Numbered from the stretch's first letter, positions 29,853 to 38,630 are shown. The stretch: 64,000 nucleotides of DNA from Patescibacteria group bacterium (GCA_013387205.1 WARV01000008.1:128136-192135), one strand, 5' to 3'. The notes: generated by a model not told the origin, from the letters alone. Translations and numbers: made by a program.

Positions 29853-31658
29853 CTATTTTTTCTTCTCAATTTCACTCTCCAATTTTTCCACCAACTTCTT
29901 TACTGCCATCACGCCCAAATCTTTCCCTTCCCGGGTGCGCAGTGATAATTTCTTGGACTTAACTTCCTTTTCGCCCAAAATAATCTGGTAAGGGATTTTT
30001 TGCATGGTGGCTTCGCGGATTTTTTTGCCCACAGATTCATCCCTGTCATCAAGTTCAACTCTTAAGTTCGGCAATTCTTCTTTTAGCTTTTTGATCAAGT
30101 CTTTCGCGTATTTGTTCTGCTTCTTGGAAATCGGCAAAACCGCAACCTGGACAGGGGACAGCCATAAAGGAAATGCCCCGGAAAAATGTTCGATAAGAAT
30201 TCCAATAAACCTTTCCAGCGAGCCATAAATCACGCGATGGATGACAACCGGGGTTTTCCTTGCCCCGTCTTTATCGATATATTCCAAACCAAACCTTCTT
30301 GGCTGTTGGAAGTCTAATTGGATTGTACCCATTTGCCACTGCCGGCCTAAGGCATCTTTCATTAAAATGTCGATTTTGGGTCCGTAAAAAGCGCCGTCTC
30401 CTTCTTCAATGAAATAATCCCTGCCGCTTTTTTGCAAAATGCGCTTAAGTGCGGCTTCGGCGCGATTCCAAGTTTCCACATCGCCGATAAAGCTATCCGG
30501 CCTGGTGCCAAGTCGATAGCGGTAATCCAGCTTGAATATGCCGTAGAATTTTTTCGTGATTTTAAATATTTCTTCGTATTCCGATTCAATCTGGTCTTCA
30601 GTCACGTAATTATGGGAGTCATCCTGCCTGAAACTCCTGACGCGGAGCAAACCGTTTAGCGTGCCTGCAAGTTCGTATCTGTGAAGGATATCAGTGTCAG
30701 ATAACCTTAAAGGCAGGTCGCGGTAACTGCGCATTTTAGACCCGAACACCAGCATGGCATTAGGGCAGTTCATGGCCTTAACGCCGTAAACCTCGTTTTC
30801 TCCCATATCACAAATGAACATGTTTTCCTTGTAATGATCCCAATGCCCGGAAGTCTCCCACAATTCTTTTTTGTTGATGAGCGGAGAGGAAATCTCGTGG
30901 TATCCGCGCTCTGCATGCTCCTTACGCCAAAATTCAATAAGTTCGTTTAATACCACCATGCCTTTTGGCAGCCAATACGGCATACCGGGAGAAGTTGGAT
31001 GGAACATGAACAAATCAAGCTGCGGCCCGAGTTTCTTATGGTCGCGCTTTTCCACTTCCTTCAAAAATTCCAAATACTTTTCCAATTCTTGCTTGGTTTC
31101 AAAAGCCAAGCCGTAAATTCTCTGCATCTGCGGATTTTTCTGGTCGCCGCGCCAGTATGCACCCGAGACTTTGTCGAGTTTAAATGCATCGGAGCGGATT
31201 TCCGAGCTATTTTTCACATGCGGTCCTTTGCATAAGTCTACGAACTTACCGCTTCTGTAAATTGATATTGTCGTAGAATTGGGGTCTATATCTGTTGTTA
31301 CTGTTTCGTCCTTAGCTGCCAGTTCTTTTGCGCTAGTCGTGCCATGCTGTTTTAAATTATTTATGAGTTCGACTTTAAAATCCTGGTGCATGTCGGAAAA
31401 CATTTTTATAGCCTGTTCGTTATCAAGCTCCGTCCTGGTGAAATCCATTTTTTCATTGACTAATGCCCTCATCCTTTTTTCAAGTTTAGATAAATCTTCC
31501 GGAGTCAGGGGGCGGGGGAGAAGAAAATCGTAATAGAATCCGTTTTCAATAACCGGGCCGACGCCGAGCTTTGCTTTGGGAAACATCTCCAAAACTGCTG
31601 ATGCTAAGATGTGGGCTAGTGAATGGCGGAGATTATATAAGTGATCCTGTTTGTTCAT
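29853..31658 (-). CDS. thrS: threonine--tRNA ligase (short form without N-terminal TGS domain)
   Basis: second additional domain HxxxH (RHSLAHILASAV), class II core motifs (FRYE-like HRYELAG..., GAFYGPKID), anticodon-binding domain; 601 aa. Confidence 0.95.
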   Translation of the reverse strand: MNKQDHLYNLRHSLAHILASAVLEMFPKAKLGVGPVIENGFYYDFLLPRPLTPEDLSKLEKRMRALVNEKMDFTRTELDNEQAIKMFSDMHQDFKVELINNLKQHGTTSAKELAAKDETVTTDIDPNSTTISIYRSGKFVDLCKGPHVKNSSEIRSDAFKLDKVSGAYWRGDQKNPQMQRIYGLAFETKQELEKYLEFLKEVEKRDHKKLGPQLDLFMFHPTSPGMPYWLPKGMVVLNELIEFWRKEHAERGYHEISSPLINKKELWETSGHWDHYKENMFICDMGENEVYGVKAMNCPNAMLVFGSKMRSYRDLPLRLSDTDILHRYELAGTLNGLLRVRSFRQDDSHNYVTEDQIESEYEEIFKITKKFYGIFKLDYRYRLGTRPDSFIGDVETWNRAEAALKRILQKSGRDYFIEEGDGAFYGPKIDILMKDALGRQWQMGTIQLDFQQPRRFGLEYIDKDGARKTPVVIHRVIYGSLERFIGILIEHFSGAFPLWLSPVQVAVLPISKKQNKYAKDLIKKLKEELPNLRVELDDRDESVGKKIREATMQKIPYQIILGEKEVKSKKLSLRTREGKDLGVMAVKKLVEKLESEIEKKK

Positions 31659-31666
31659 AAATTTTT

Positions 31667-32137
31667 CTACTAAATACTAATATTTACTAATAATACTAAA
31701 CTTAATTTTGTAAATTAATTATCCTTTTATATTTGACTCCTGTTTTTGTAAAATTAGCCAAAATACCTAATTTAATTTTTGCAGTTTTAATATAGTCGTT
31801 AACTTGCTTTATGTTTTTTAACCCAAAATTTTCATTTTTCTTAATCTCTAGTATTATCTTTGCGTCATTAATATCTATCAAAAAGTCAATATAGTATATT
31901 CCGATATATTTGCCTAAATAATATAGTTTTATCGGATATTGCTCAATAAAATTGATACCTGCAAATTTTAATGCCAATGAAACCGCTTTTTGGTAATGCC
32001 TTTCCAGTAATTCTCCACCCAATTCCTTAAAAACTTGATATAAAATCCCAATTATTTTATAGCACTCGTCTTTATAAATAAGATCTTTACGGTGCATTTA
32101 TTTTTAGTACTTTTAGTAAATTTTAGTATTTAGTAGT
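31667..32137. mobile_element. ~471-bp unit: GxxExxY-family gene bounded by 33-bp imperfect terminal inverted repeats
   Basis: left ctactaaatactaatatttactaataatact (31667..31700) vs reverse complement of right agtacttttagtaaattttagtatttagtag (32106..32136), ~30/33 match; extremely AT-rich. Confidence 0.55.
31702..32097 (-). CDS. GxxExxY-family protein (PD-(D/E)XK nuclease-like fold)
   Basis: ECYKIIGILYQVFKELGGELLERHYQKA N-terminal signature resembling TIGR04256 GxxExxY; 131 aa. Confidence 0.6.
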   Translation of the reverse strand: MHRKDLIYKDECYKIIGILYQVFKELGGELLERHYQKAVSLALKFAGINFIEQYPIKLYYLGKYIGIYYIDFLIDINDAKIILEIKKNENFGLKNIKQVNDYIKTAKIKLGILANFTKTGVKYKRIINLQN

Positions 32138-32262
32138 AAACAAAAATACAAAACCCCAGAATTCAACCGCCGATGAAATCAGCGACTAAATTCTGGGGTC
32201 CTGGCGAACATTTCGCTTGTTAAAGCAAAAAATTCGAAGCCAAGACGTTTCCGTCCCAGACT

Positions 32263-32554
32263 CCCCGCCCTTCAGATTGCATTCAAAGACTAAACTTTAA
32301 TCTCTTTCTCAGCTGGCTCCATGAACTACCGTATTGTTTCAGCTTTCTTTCCCGAATCTTTGCGTCTCGGGATTCAGCAAATGCCTCGTAATACACTAAT
32401 CGATAGGGAGCATATGCTTTGGTAGATTGGACTTTGAATGCATTATGTTCAGAAAATCTTTGTTTAAGATCGGTTGATTCACCGATATACGTATAGTCTT
32501 CTTTTAGACTTTTGATTACGTAAACATAATGCATATGCAATCTGAAGAGCGGGG
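32263..32554. mobile_element. ~290-bp unit: GIY-YIG gene bounded by 17-bp terminal inverted repeats CCCCGCYCTTCAGATTG / CAATCTGAAGRGCGGGG
   Basis: ccccgcccttcagattg at 32263..32279 and caatctgaagagcgggg at 32538..32554 (16/17 complementary). Confidence 0.5.
32283..32534 (-). CDS. GIY-YIG nuclease-domain protein
   Basis: YVYVIKS...YIGESTDLKQRFSEHN GIY-YIG motif; ~84 aa; start taken at ATG 32534 (track uses TTG 32540). Confidence 0.75.
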   Translation of the reverse strand: MHYVYVIKSLKEDYTYIGESTDLKQRFSEHNAFKVQSTKAYAPYRLVYYEAFAESRDAKIRERKLKQYGSSWSQLRKRLKFSL

Positions 32555-32738
32555 CTTTTTATCCGGTATTCCTCTAGAAAATACCAGACTATTTCTTTAT
32601 TTGTTTCAAACTCCCCGGTTGGTAGCCGGATCAAAGCTTGAAGAACTGAAATTATTATAACACAATTTTAAGATAGTTCAATATCAGTTTTCCACAATAG
32701 ATTTTTGGCTTAAATAAGCCAATAATAACCATATACTA

Positions 32739-32767
32739 TTGACATAATTGCCTAAATAGCCTATAAT
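32739..32767 (+). promoter_or_regulatory. consensus sigma70 promoter TTGACA-17-TATAAT
   Basis: ttgaca taattgcctaaatagcc tataat; shares 13-mer ttgacataattgc with 49150. Confidence 0.6.
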
Positions 32768-32802
32768 TACGCCACGTATTATATTCCATAGGAGGAAACA
32801 AA

Positions 32803-32892
32803 ATGCGACTCTTCAACGGACCGCCCACGCAGTCCAACTTCACTCACAATTACTTTTCCTTGGCTTCCACGTCCGAGTCCGCGAAAAACTGA
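32803..32892 (+). CDS. 29-codon ORF with strong SD at 5' end of GC-rich transcript (MRLFNGPPTQSNFTHNYFSLASTSESAKN)
   Basis: aggagga 7 nt upstream of ATG 32803; TGA stop 32890..32892. Confidence 0.3.
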   Translation: MRLFNGPPTQSNFTHNYFSLASTSESAKN

Positions 32893-33410
32893 CCGCCGGC
32901 GCCGGCCGCGAACCAGTTGAGCAGTGATCGAAAGGAGAAAGATGGACAACTGGCATCCTACCGGTTTTACCTAGACACTGCTGCAGTCGGCAGTGTCAAC
33001 CAAGAACCCTCTTGCCGGGCAATTTCCTGCCCGCCGGCCCGCCCGCGAAAATTTCACGGCTGCGCGGCTACAAGCCTGGCAATACAAACGGGGCGACGGC
33101 CTGAGACCTTATGGTCAATACTTTGGCCGCCTGCCAATACATCGTTCCATCGTTGATGTTGTTGTTACGCCAGCGAGCGGCGACAGGACATGCGATTAGA
33201 CCAGAAAGTTTTGGCTCGGTACCGCACCTGCGCGCGCCATCATCCCCATGGGGATGATGGCATTGGGCTGGCGTTGGGCAGCGCGGGAGATATCCCTAAC
33301 ATTGCTGCCCAGAGTGGTACCCGCTATCTAGCGGGGATGTGTAGTACGCGGGGCCGCACCCCCGCGAAAGACGCCGGCCGGCGCATAAAACCCGCGCCGG
33401 CCCCAACAAA

Positions 33411-33449
33411 AGCCCCTAGGACCTAAAAATCCTGGGGGCTATTTATTTT
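33411..33449 (+). terminator. rho-independent terminator ending the GC-rich unit
   Basis: agcccctaggacctaaaaatcctgggggct (11-bp stem incl. one G-U) + atttatttt. Confidence 0.6.
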
Positions 33450-33552
33450 GTCATTGCGAGCGACTGAAAGGAGCGCGGCAATCTGTACATCAAGAGATTG
33501 CTTCCACCTTCGCTAAAGCTACGGCGGACAAGTCGGATGCACTCGTGATGAC
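33450..33552. repeat. GTCATTGCGAG-family repeat, copy 3
   Basis: gtcattgcgagcgactgaaaggagcgcggcaatc ... gagattgcttc...tcggatgcactcgtgatgac. Confidence 0.65.
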
Positions 33553-33584
33553 GGACCAAAATCTACTTATCCACATTTAAATTT

Positions 33585-33613
33585 TGCTTATCTTTGACAA
33601 AATACAACAATTA
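33585..33613 (+). promoter_or_regulatory. sigma70-like promoter TTGACA-17-TAATAT
   Basis: ttgaca aaatacaacaattatct taatat. Confidence 0.5.
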
Positions 33614-33686
33614 TCTTAATATACGGGTGCTATTGTTTTTATACTGTCCTGATATTTTCGAAAATTTTGTCCCCTAAGGAGGGGGA

Positions 33687-33794
33687 ATGAATACATTTTG
33701 GTCGGTTTTTTTGCTTTTCGCTGTTTTTTTGATCTTACGGCACATGCTAACCCATGGCCGCAGAGGTCGCAAATGGTCAGGAATGATCACCTAA
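33687..33794 (+). CDS. 35-aa hydrophobic peptide with basic C-terminus (type I toxin-like small membrane protein)
   Basis: SD aaggaggggg then ATG; MNTFWSVFLLFAVFLILRHMLTHGRRGRKWSGMIT; one TM helix; too short for ORF track. Confidence 0.4.
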   Translation: MNTFWSVFLLFAVFLILRHMLTHGRRGRKWSGMIT

Positions 33795-33931
33795 AAACAG
33801 CAACAAGTTCCGGTTGTCATACCGGATGTATCACACGGCGTACCAATGCACTTAAACGGCAAGCCTGATATTAACGGCAAATGACCAACATACCAAAATC
33901 AGAGTCGATATCCTCACAAGGTGAACGAAAA

Positions 33932-33962
33932 AGCCGCCTCAGAGTAGCGAGGCGGCTTTCTA
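33932..33962 (+). terminator. terminator downstream of small peptide gene
   Basis: agccgcctcagagtagcgaggcggct + ttctaatt. Confidence 0.6.
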
Positions 33963-33969
33963 ATTGGCT

Positions 33970-34040
33970 GAATGGCTCATCCGATGGTTGAGGTATTCAG
34001 CCTATCAGTCTGATACGACTTATGTGTCCTATAGGACTTA
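33970..34040. repeat. GGCTCAACC-family hairpin (degenerate) followed by TCCTATCAGTC/ATAGGAC repeat cluster (locus 2)
   Basis: gaatggctcatccgatggttgaggtattc ; cctatcagtctgatacgacttatgtgtcctataggacttat. Confidence 0.45.
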
Positions 34041-34115
34041 TTGGACAGATATGGAATAGGCGGTCAGATGACCGCCTATAAATCTTACATCTTATATCTT
34101 ACCTCTTATATCTCC

Positions 34116-37100
34116 TTATCCCACATCAACCATTGTTATCTCGTTCACTTCCCTCAAAGAAGACATTAGCTCTTCTGACATCCTGACTTTTGTCTGGGTC
34201 TTAATGTTTTTCGCGTTCGGCCCTGAGCCGAGCGAAATAAAAACTTGCGCATTGCCGGGATGCTTTTGTAAAATTTCTTTTATCTGGTTCAGTAATTCTT
34301 TGCTGCCCAAGCCCGTCATATGCAAAACCACGCGCTTGTTTTTTTCCATTTCAGACAAAGCCATTATATACAATTCATCATTCGGCAGCTCCCTTAATTC
34401 GTCAGCTATTAATTTAAATTCTTCGTCTTTATCGGACAGCCTTCCGCTGACTTGGACGATTTTGTCATTAGCTAAAAACGGCAAGGCTTTTTCCATCACT
34501 TTAGGAAAAACCAAGACTTCAATGTTTCCGCCTATGTCTTCCAATGTGAAAAACGCCATCGGGTCATTCTTCTTGGTTAGCGTGCGCTTAAGCCGGGAGA
34601 TAATCCCTCCCATGGTTTTGTATGTACCTAAGTCCTGCTGCGTAAGCTGCTTGACCGATGTAAAGCTTTTTAAAACCTGCTTGTAGCTGTCTAAAGGATG
34701 GGCTGATACATACATTCCCAAATGTTCTTTTTCCCATATCAGTTTTTCATCTTTGGTTGCGGGTACCGCGTCTTTCAATCTCAATTTTCCAATTTGCAAT
34801 GATTTCCCGAACAAAGAACTCTGCCCGGTGTTTTCCGCTTTAAAATGCTCGCGCATGAAATCCAAAACCTCTTCGGTGTTGGCCAAAAGCTGACCGCGCT
34901 CGCCAAAAGCATCCAACGCTCCAGCCTTGGCCAAAGCTTCCCAGGACTTCTTGTTCAAATTTTTGGTGTGCGCGCGAAGCAAAAAGTCTTCCAAATTTTT
35001 AAACGGCCCGCTTTCTTTTCTTTGTTCAATCGCTTTTAAAATAACATCGGAACCAAGATTTTTTATGGCGTTCAGGCCAAAGCGGATAGTTTTGTCGTCA
35101 ACCACGGTAAAATCGCCAAGCGACTCATTAATGTCCGGCGGCAAAACCGCAATACCCATATTCTCGCATTCTTCCACGGCAGCGTAAATTTTGTCTTCAT
35201 CGCCGCTTTCCGCGGTCATCAAAGCCGCCATGAACTCTACAGGATAATTCGCCTTCATGTAAGCGGTCTGGTAAGATACTACGGAATAAGACGCAGAGTG
35301 CGATTTGTTAAAACCATATGCGGCAAAAGGTTCAATCCAGGTCCAAACTTGGGTAGATTTTTCAAACGACCAACCAGCGGTTTTCTGGCAGCCTTCGATA
35401 AATTTGATTTTCTGTTTGGCCATTTCTTCAGGGATTTTCTTGCCAACCGCTTTGCGGAACTTATCCACTTCCTGCCAGGTATATCCGGCCAAATCGTGCG
35501 CAATAGATAAAAGATCATCCTGGTAAACCAAAACCCCGTATGTCCTGTGCAAGATTTTTTCCAAAGCCGGATCTAAATATTTTACCAACGAAGGATTGTG
35601 CTTGCGTGCGATATAATCGGGAATGAATTGCATTGGTCCCGGGCGATACAAAGCTATCATGGCCATGATATCAAAAATATTTGACGGCTTAAGTTCCTTT
35701 AAATACCTGGTCATGCCAGACGAGCCCATTTGGAACACGCCGAAAGTCAGGCCTTCGGACAAGAGCTTGAAAGTTTTCGGGTCAGGGTGGGGGAGATTGT
35801 AAATGTCTATTTTTACATTATGCCTGGCTTGGGCGATTTTTACCGCGGCTTCCAAAATGGACAAGTTGCGGATACCGAGCAAGTCCATTTTAATCACGCC
35901 AACGGCTTTGTTGTTGGCATTGACATCGAGCGCGTACATGTCGTATTGCGTGATAATGCGCTCGCCGTCCGGTTCTTTTTGAAGCGCCATGTAATCGGTC
36001 AACGGAGTCGGAGTAATGACAATTCCGGCAGCGTGGACCGATGCGTGCCTGGCGCAGCCTTCCAGCTTTTTCGCGATTTCCAAAATGCGGTTGGTCTCCG
36101 GGTCGCGCTTGTAAATTTCGTTCAGCTCCTGGTTCATTTCCAAAGCTTTGTCCAAAGTCATGTGAAAACCCTGCTTGCCAATGGGAATCATTTTCGCGAT
36201 CTGGTCGCACTTGGAATAAGGCACGCCCAAAGCGCGGCCCACGTCGCGCACCGCGGCCCTGGCCATCATAGTCCCGAACGTGATGATCTGCGCAACTTTT
36301 TCCTTGCCGTACCTTTCGGTGATGTAAAGAATCGCCTCGTCGCGGCGGTTGTCAGCAATATCCAGGTCGATATCGGGCGGGGTGGGACGGTGCATGGTTA
36401 AAAACCTCTCGAACGGCAATTCGTATTCCAAAGGATCGACATTGGTAATACCCAAAACGTGCCCGACCAGGCTTCCGGCCGCACTGCCCCTGGTATTGGT
36501 AATCGCGCCTATTTTATGCGCGCCTTCCACAATATCCGCCACCATCAAAAAATAAGTATCAAAGCCTTTTTTGCAGATAATTTCCAGCTCGTAATCCAAT
36601 CGTTTTTGGATGTCTTCCGGCAGCACCCCTTCTTGTCCGTATTTTTCTACGGCTTTTTCCTGGGCTGTTTTCTTCAAAAATTCTTCCGAAGTGTAGCCTT
36701 TGGGGATTTCCACCCTTGGAAAATATCGTTGGTCGATTTTAATTTCCAAATTGCACAAATCGGAAATTTCCTGAGTGGCTGACAAAGCTTCCGGCAAATC
36801 GTAAAATAGCTCCTGCATTTTTTCCGCGGATTTCAACGAAAGATCATACGCGCGCATGTCCAACCGTTCAGTATCGGAAACCGTCCTGCCTGTGCCAATA
36901 CAAACCATCACGTCCTGCGCTTCGCTGTCTTCGGGATAAATATAATGGCAGTCAGCCGTAGCTACTGTCTTTAGTCCGTGCTTTTTGGCCGTGCTGGCTA
37001 ATTTTTCCACCAAAGATTCTTCCGCCTGGTCCTTGTTTCTGGCGTTCCTCTGCAGTTCAATGAAAAACCTTTCGGCCCCAAATATATTTAAATATTTTTC

Positions 37101-37574
37101 CAAAACTTTTTCCGATTCCTTGGTAGATTTGGACATTAAGCTTCTGGCCAATTCGCCGCGCATGCATCCGGAAAGGGCAATTAAGCCTTCATTGTGTTTG
37201 GATAATAATTTAAGGTCGATTCTCGGCTTGTAATAAAACCCCCTAAGGTGTGCTTGCGTGGTCAGCTCGATTAAATTCCTGTAGCCTTCTTCGTTTTTTG
37301 CCAAAAGCGTCAGATGGAAATAATCGGCATCTATCCTGCCTTCCTTGTCATCCATGGAACGGGGAGCAATGTAAGCTTCCAAGCCGATAATCGGCTTAAC
37401 CCCGGTATCTTTGCATTTAGTGAAAAATTCGATTGTCCCGTACATTACCCCATGGTCAGTCAATGCCAAAGCAGGCTGCCCAAGTTCCTTGACCCTTTCT
37501 ACAAGCGGGTCAATTTTGGACAAACCGTCTAAAAGCGAATAATGGCTATGGCAATGGAGGTGGGAAAAATCCAT
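34116..37574 (-). CDS. dnaE: DNA polymerase III alpha subunit
   Basis: N-terminal PHP domain (MDFSHLHCHSHYSLLDG), polymerase core, OB fold; 1152 aa. Confidence 0.95.
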   Translation of the reverse strand: MDFSHLHCHSHYSLLDGLSKIDPLVERVKELGQPALALTDHGVMYGTIEFFTKCKDTGVKPIIGLEAYIAPRSMDDKEGRIDADYFHLTLLAKNEEGYRNLIELTTQAHLRGFYYKPRIDLKLLSKHNEGLIALSGCMRGELARSLMSKSTKESEKVLEKYLNIFGAERFFIELQRNARNKDQAEESLVEKLASTAKKHGLKTVATADCHYIYPEDSEAQDVMVCIGTGRTVSDTERLDMRAYDLSLKSAEKMQELFYDLPEALSATQEISDLCNLEIKIDQRYFPRVEIPKGYTSEEFLKKTAQEKAVEKYGQEGVLPEDIQKRLDYELEIICKKGFDTYFLMVADIVEGAHKIGAITNTRGSAAGSLVGHVLGITNVDPLEYELPFERFLTMHRPTPPDIDLDIADNRRDEAILYITERYGKEKVAQIITFGTMMARAAVRDVGRALGVPYSKCDQIAKMIPIGKQGFHMTLDKALEMNQELNEIYKRDPETNRILEIAKKLEGCARHASVHAAGIVITPTPLTDYMALQKEPDGERIITQYDMYALDVNANNKAVGVIKMDLLGIRNLSILEAAVKIAQARHNVKIDIYNLPHPDPKTFKLLSEGLTFGVFQMGSSGMTRYLKELKPSNIFDIMAMIALYRPGPMQFIPDYIARKHNPSLVKYLDPALEKILHRTYGVLVYQDDLLSIAHDLAGYTWQEVDKFRKAVGKKIPEEMAKQKIKFIEGCQKTAGWSFEKSTQVWTWIEPFAAYGFNKSHSASYSVVSYQTAYMKANYPVEFMAALMTAESGDEDKIYAAVEECENMGIAVLPPDINESLGDFTVVDDKTIRFGLNAIKNLGSDVILKAIEQRKESGPFKNLEDFLLRAHTKNLNKKSWEALAKAGALDAFGERGQLLANTEEVLDFMREHFKAENTGQSSLFGKSLQIGKLRLKDAVPATKDEKLIWEKEHLGMYVSAHPLDSYKQVLKSFTSVKQLTQQDLGTYKTMGGIISRLKRTLTKKNDPMAFFTLEDIGGNIEVLVFPKVMEKALPFLANDKIVQVSGRLSDKDEEFKLIADELRELPNDELYIMALSEMEKNKRVVLHMTGLGSKELLNQIKEILQKHPGNAQVFISLGSGPNAKNIKTQTKVRMSEELMSSLREVNEITMVDVG

Positions 37575-37733
37575 GATATTGATTTTACTGCTTTAAGGAT
37601 AACAAAAAAAACAAGAATTTGCTATAATTTAGATAAATAATAATTTATAATTTTCAATTCTCAATTTTCAGTGAATGTTCCAATGTTTCAATTCTTAAAT
37701 TGTCTCATTGATAAATTTATTGAAAATTGAAAA

Positions 37734-38630
37734 TTGTCACTTGAAAATTTCAATAACGTGCCTTACATAAAAGAAAAATTGGAACTGAAAGCGCAAGAAG
37801 CAGAGCTTTCGGCAGAAAAAGCCATAAACAGTTTTCCTCCAGCGCTAAAGTGGTTTTTTGTGGTTACGATTATTTCCTTAATTCCCGGCTACTACATTGC
37901 CAAATCCGTTTCAAAGGCAATCTGGGACAGAAAACTTAAACAATACCAAATTACTGCCAAGCCGAGCTTTACGGACGCCAAACCTATAACCATAAAAAAA
38001 ATTGACTTGGCTAAAATTTCCGATGGCTCTTTTTCCGCTGCCGCGACAATTGTCAATGAAAATCTGGAACTGTCCGCTGACCAGGTTCCTTACAAATTCA
38101 AGTTTTTCAATGATAAAAAAGAGCTGATCCAGGCTGTCGAGGATAAATTTTATATTCTTCCCAACCAGCAAAAATATATTGTAGTGCCGAAAATTTCAGC
38201 TTCAGAAACAATAGCTTCTGCAGAACTGGAGTTGCCTAAAGATATTCCCTGGATAAAAAGAATGCAAACACCAAAAGTTTCCCTGCTGGCTACAAACCCA
38301 AATTCCTACAATCAGTTCGATCCTTTATCTTTTGCGGTGGAAGGCAATTTTTTAAACACCAGTCCTTACCAGATAAAACAAGTCAGGCTGACGTTTTTAG
38401 TTTACGGCCCGGATAATAAATTCATTGCAGCAAACCAGAGGGATGAATTTACTGTTATTCCAAACGAAAGAAGAGCTTACAAACAGCTCTGGCCAAATGT
38501 ATTTGGGCCAGATGCTGCAAGAATAATAGTCCTTGCTGAAACCGATACCTTGGACAGAGGCAACCTAACCGCTCCCAAAGGAGCGCCCGGCCCGGAATCC
38601 GACCTTGGCAGGCCAGAAAACCAATATTAA
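37734..38630 (+). CDS. hypothetical membrane-anchored protein
   Basis: single TM (WFFVVTIISLIPGYYIA) then ~230-aa extracytoplasmic domain; no family recognised; start uncertain. Confidence 0.45.
   Translation: MSLENFNNVPYIKEKLELKAQEAELSAEKAINSFPPALKWFFVVTIISLIPGYYIAKSVSKAIWDRKLKQYQITAKPSFTDAKPITIKKIDLAKISDGSFSAAATIVNENLELSADQVPYKFKFFNDKKELIQAVEDKFYILPNQQKYIVVPKISASETIASAELELPKDIPWIKRMQTPKVSLLATNPNSYNQFDPLSFAVEGNFLNTSPYQIKQVRLTFLVYGPDNKFIAANQRDEFTVIPNERRAYKQLWPNVFGPDAARIIVLAETDTLDRGNLTAPKGAPGPESDLGRPENQY

Larger units (their letters stand above)
32770..33449 (+). ncRNA. candidate large structured non-coding RNA / non-coding GC-rich insert (~60% GC in ~38% GC genome), identity unknown
   Basis: bounded by consensus promoter and terminator; stops in all frames (longest ORF 79 aa); many GC-rich hairpins (catccccatggggatg, cgcggggccgcacccccgcg, ggccggcgcataaaacccgcgccggcc). 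Confidence 0.4.

Noticed and set aside
32770-33449. GC-rich region as RNase P RNA, tmRNA or SRP RNA
   Set aside because: Checked by eye for the P4 strands (GGAAAGUCCGGGC / ACAGAACCCGGCUUA), the tmRNA tRNA-like end (GUUCGA...CCACCA) and SRP domain IV (GGAAGGAAGCAGC); none are present. The AAACCCGCG candidate lies in the loop of a local hairpin rather than pairing at distance. Left as an unknown ncRNA or GC-rich insert.
37575-37733. AT-rich inverted repeats (caattttcaattttcaa / ttgaaaattgaaaattg) between dnaE and the downstream gene, and similar IRs at 38631..38721 and 17349..17448
   Set aside because: These low-complexity AT-rich palindromes sit in divergent or upstream regions and are plausibly just promoters or operators. 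They show no sequence relationship to the repeat families above and are too AT-biased to distinguish from background.
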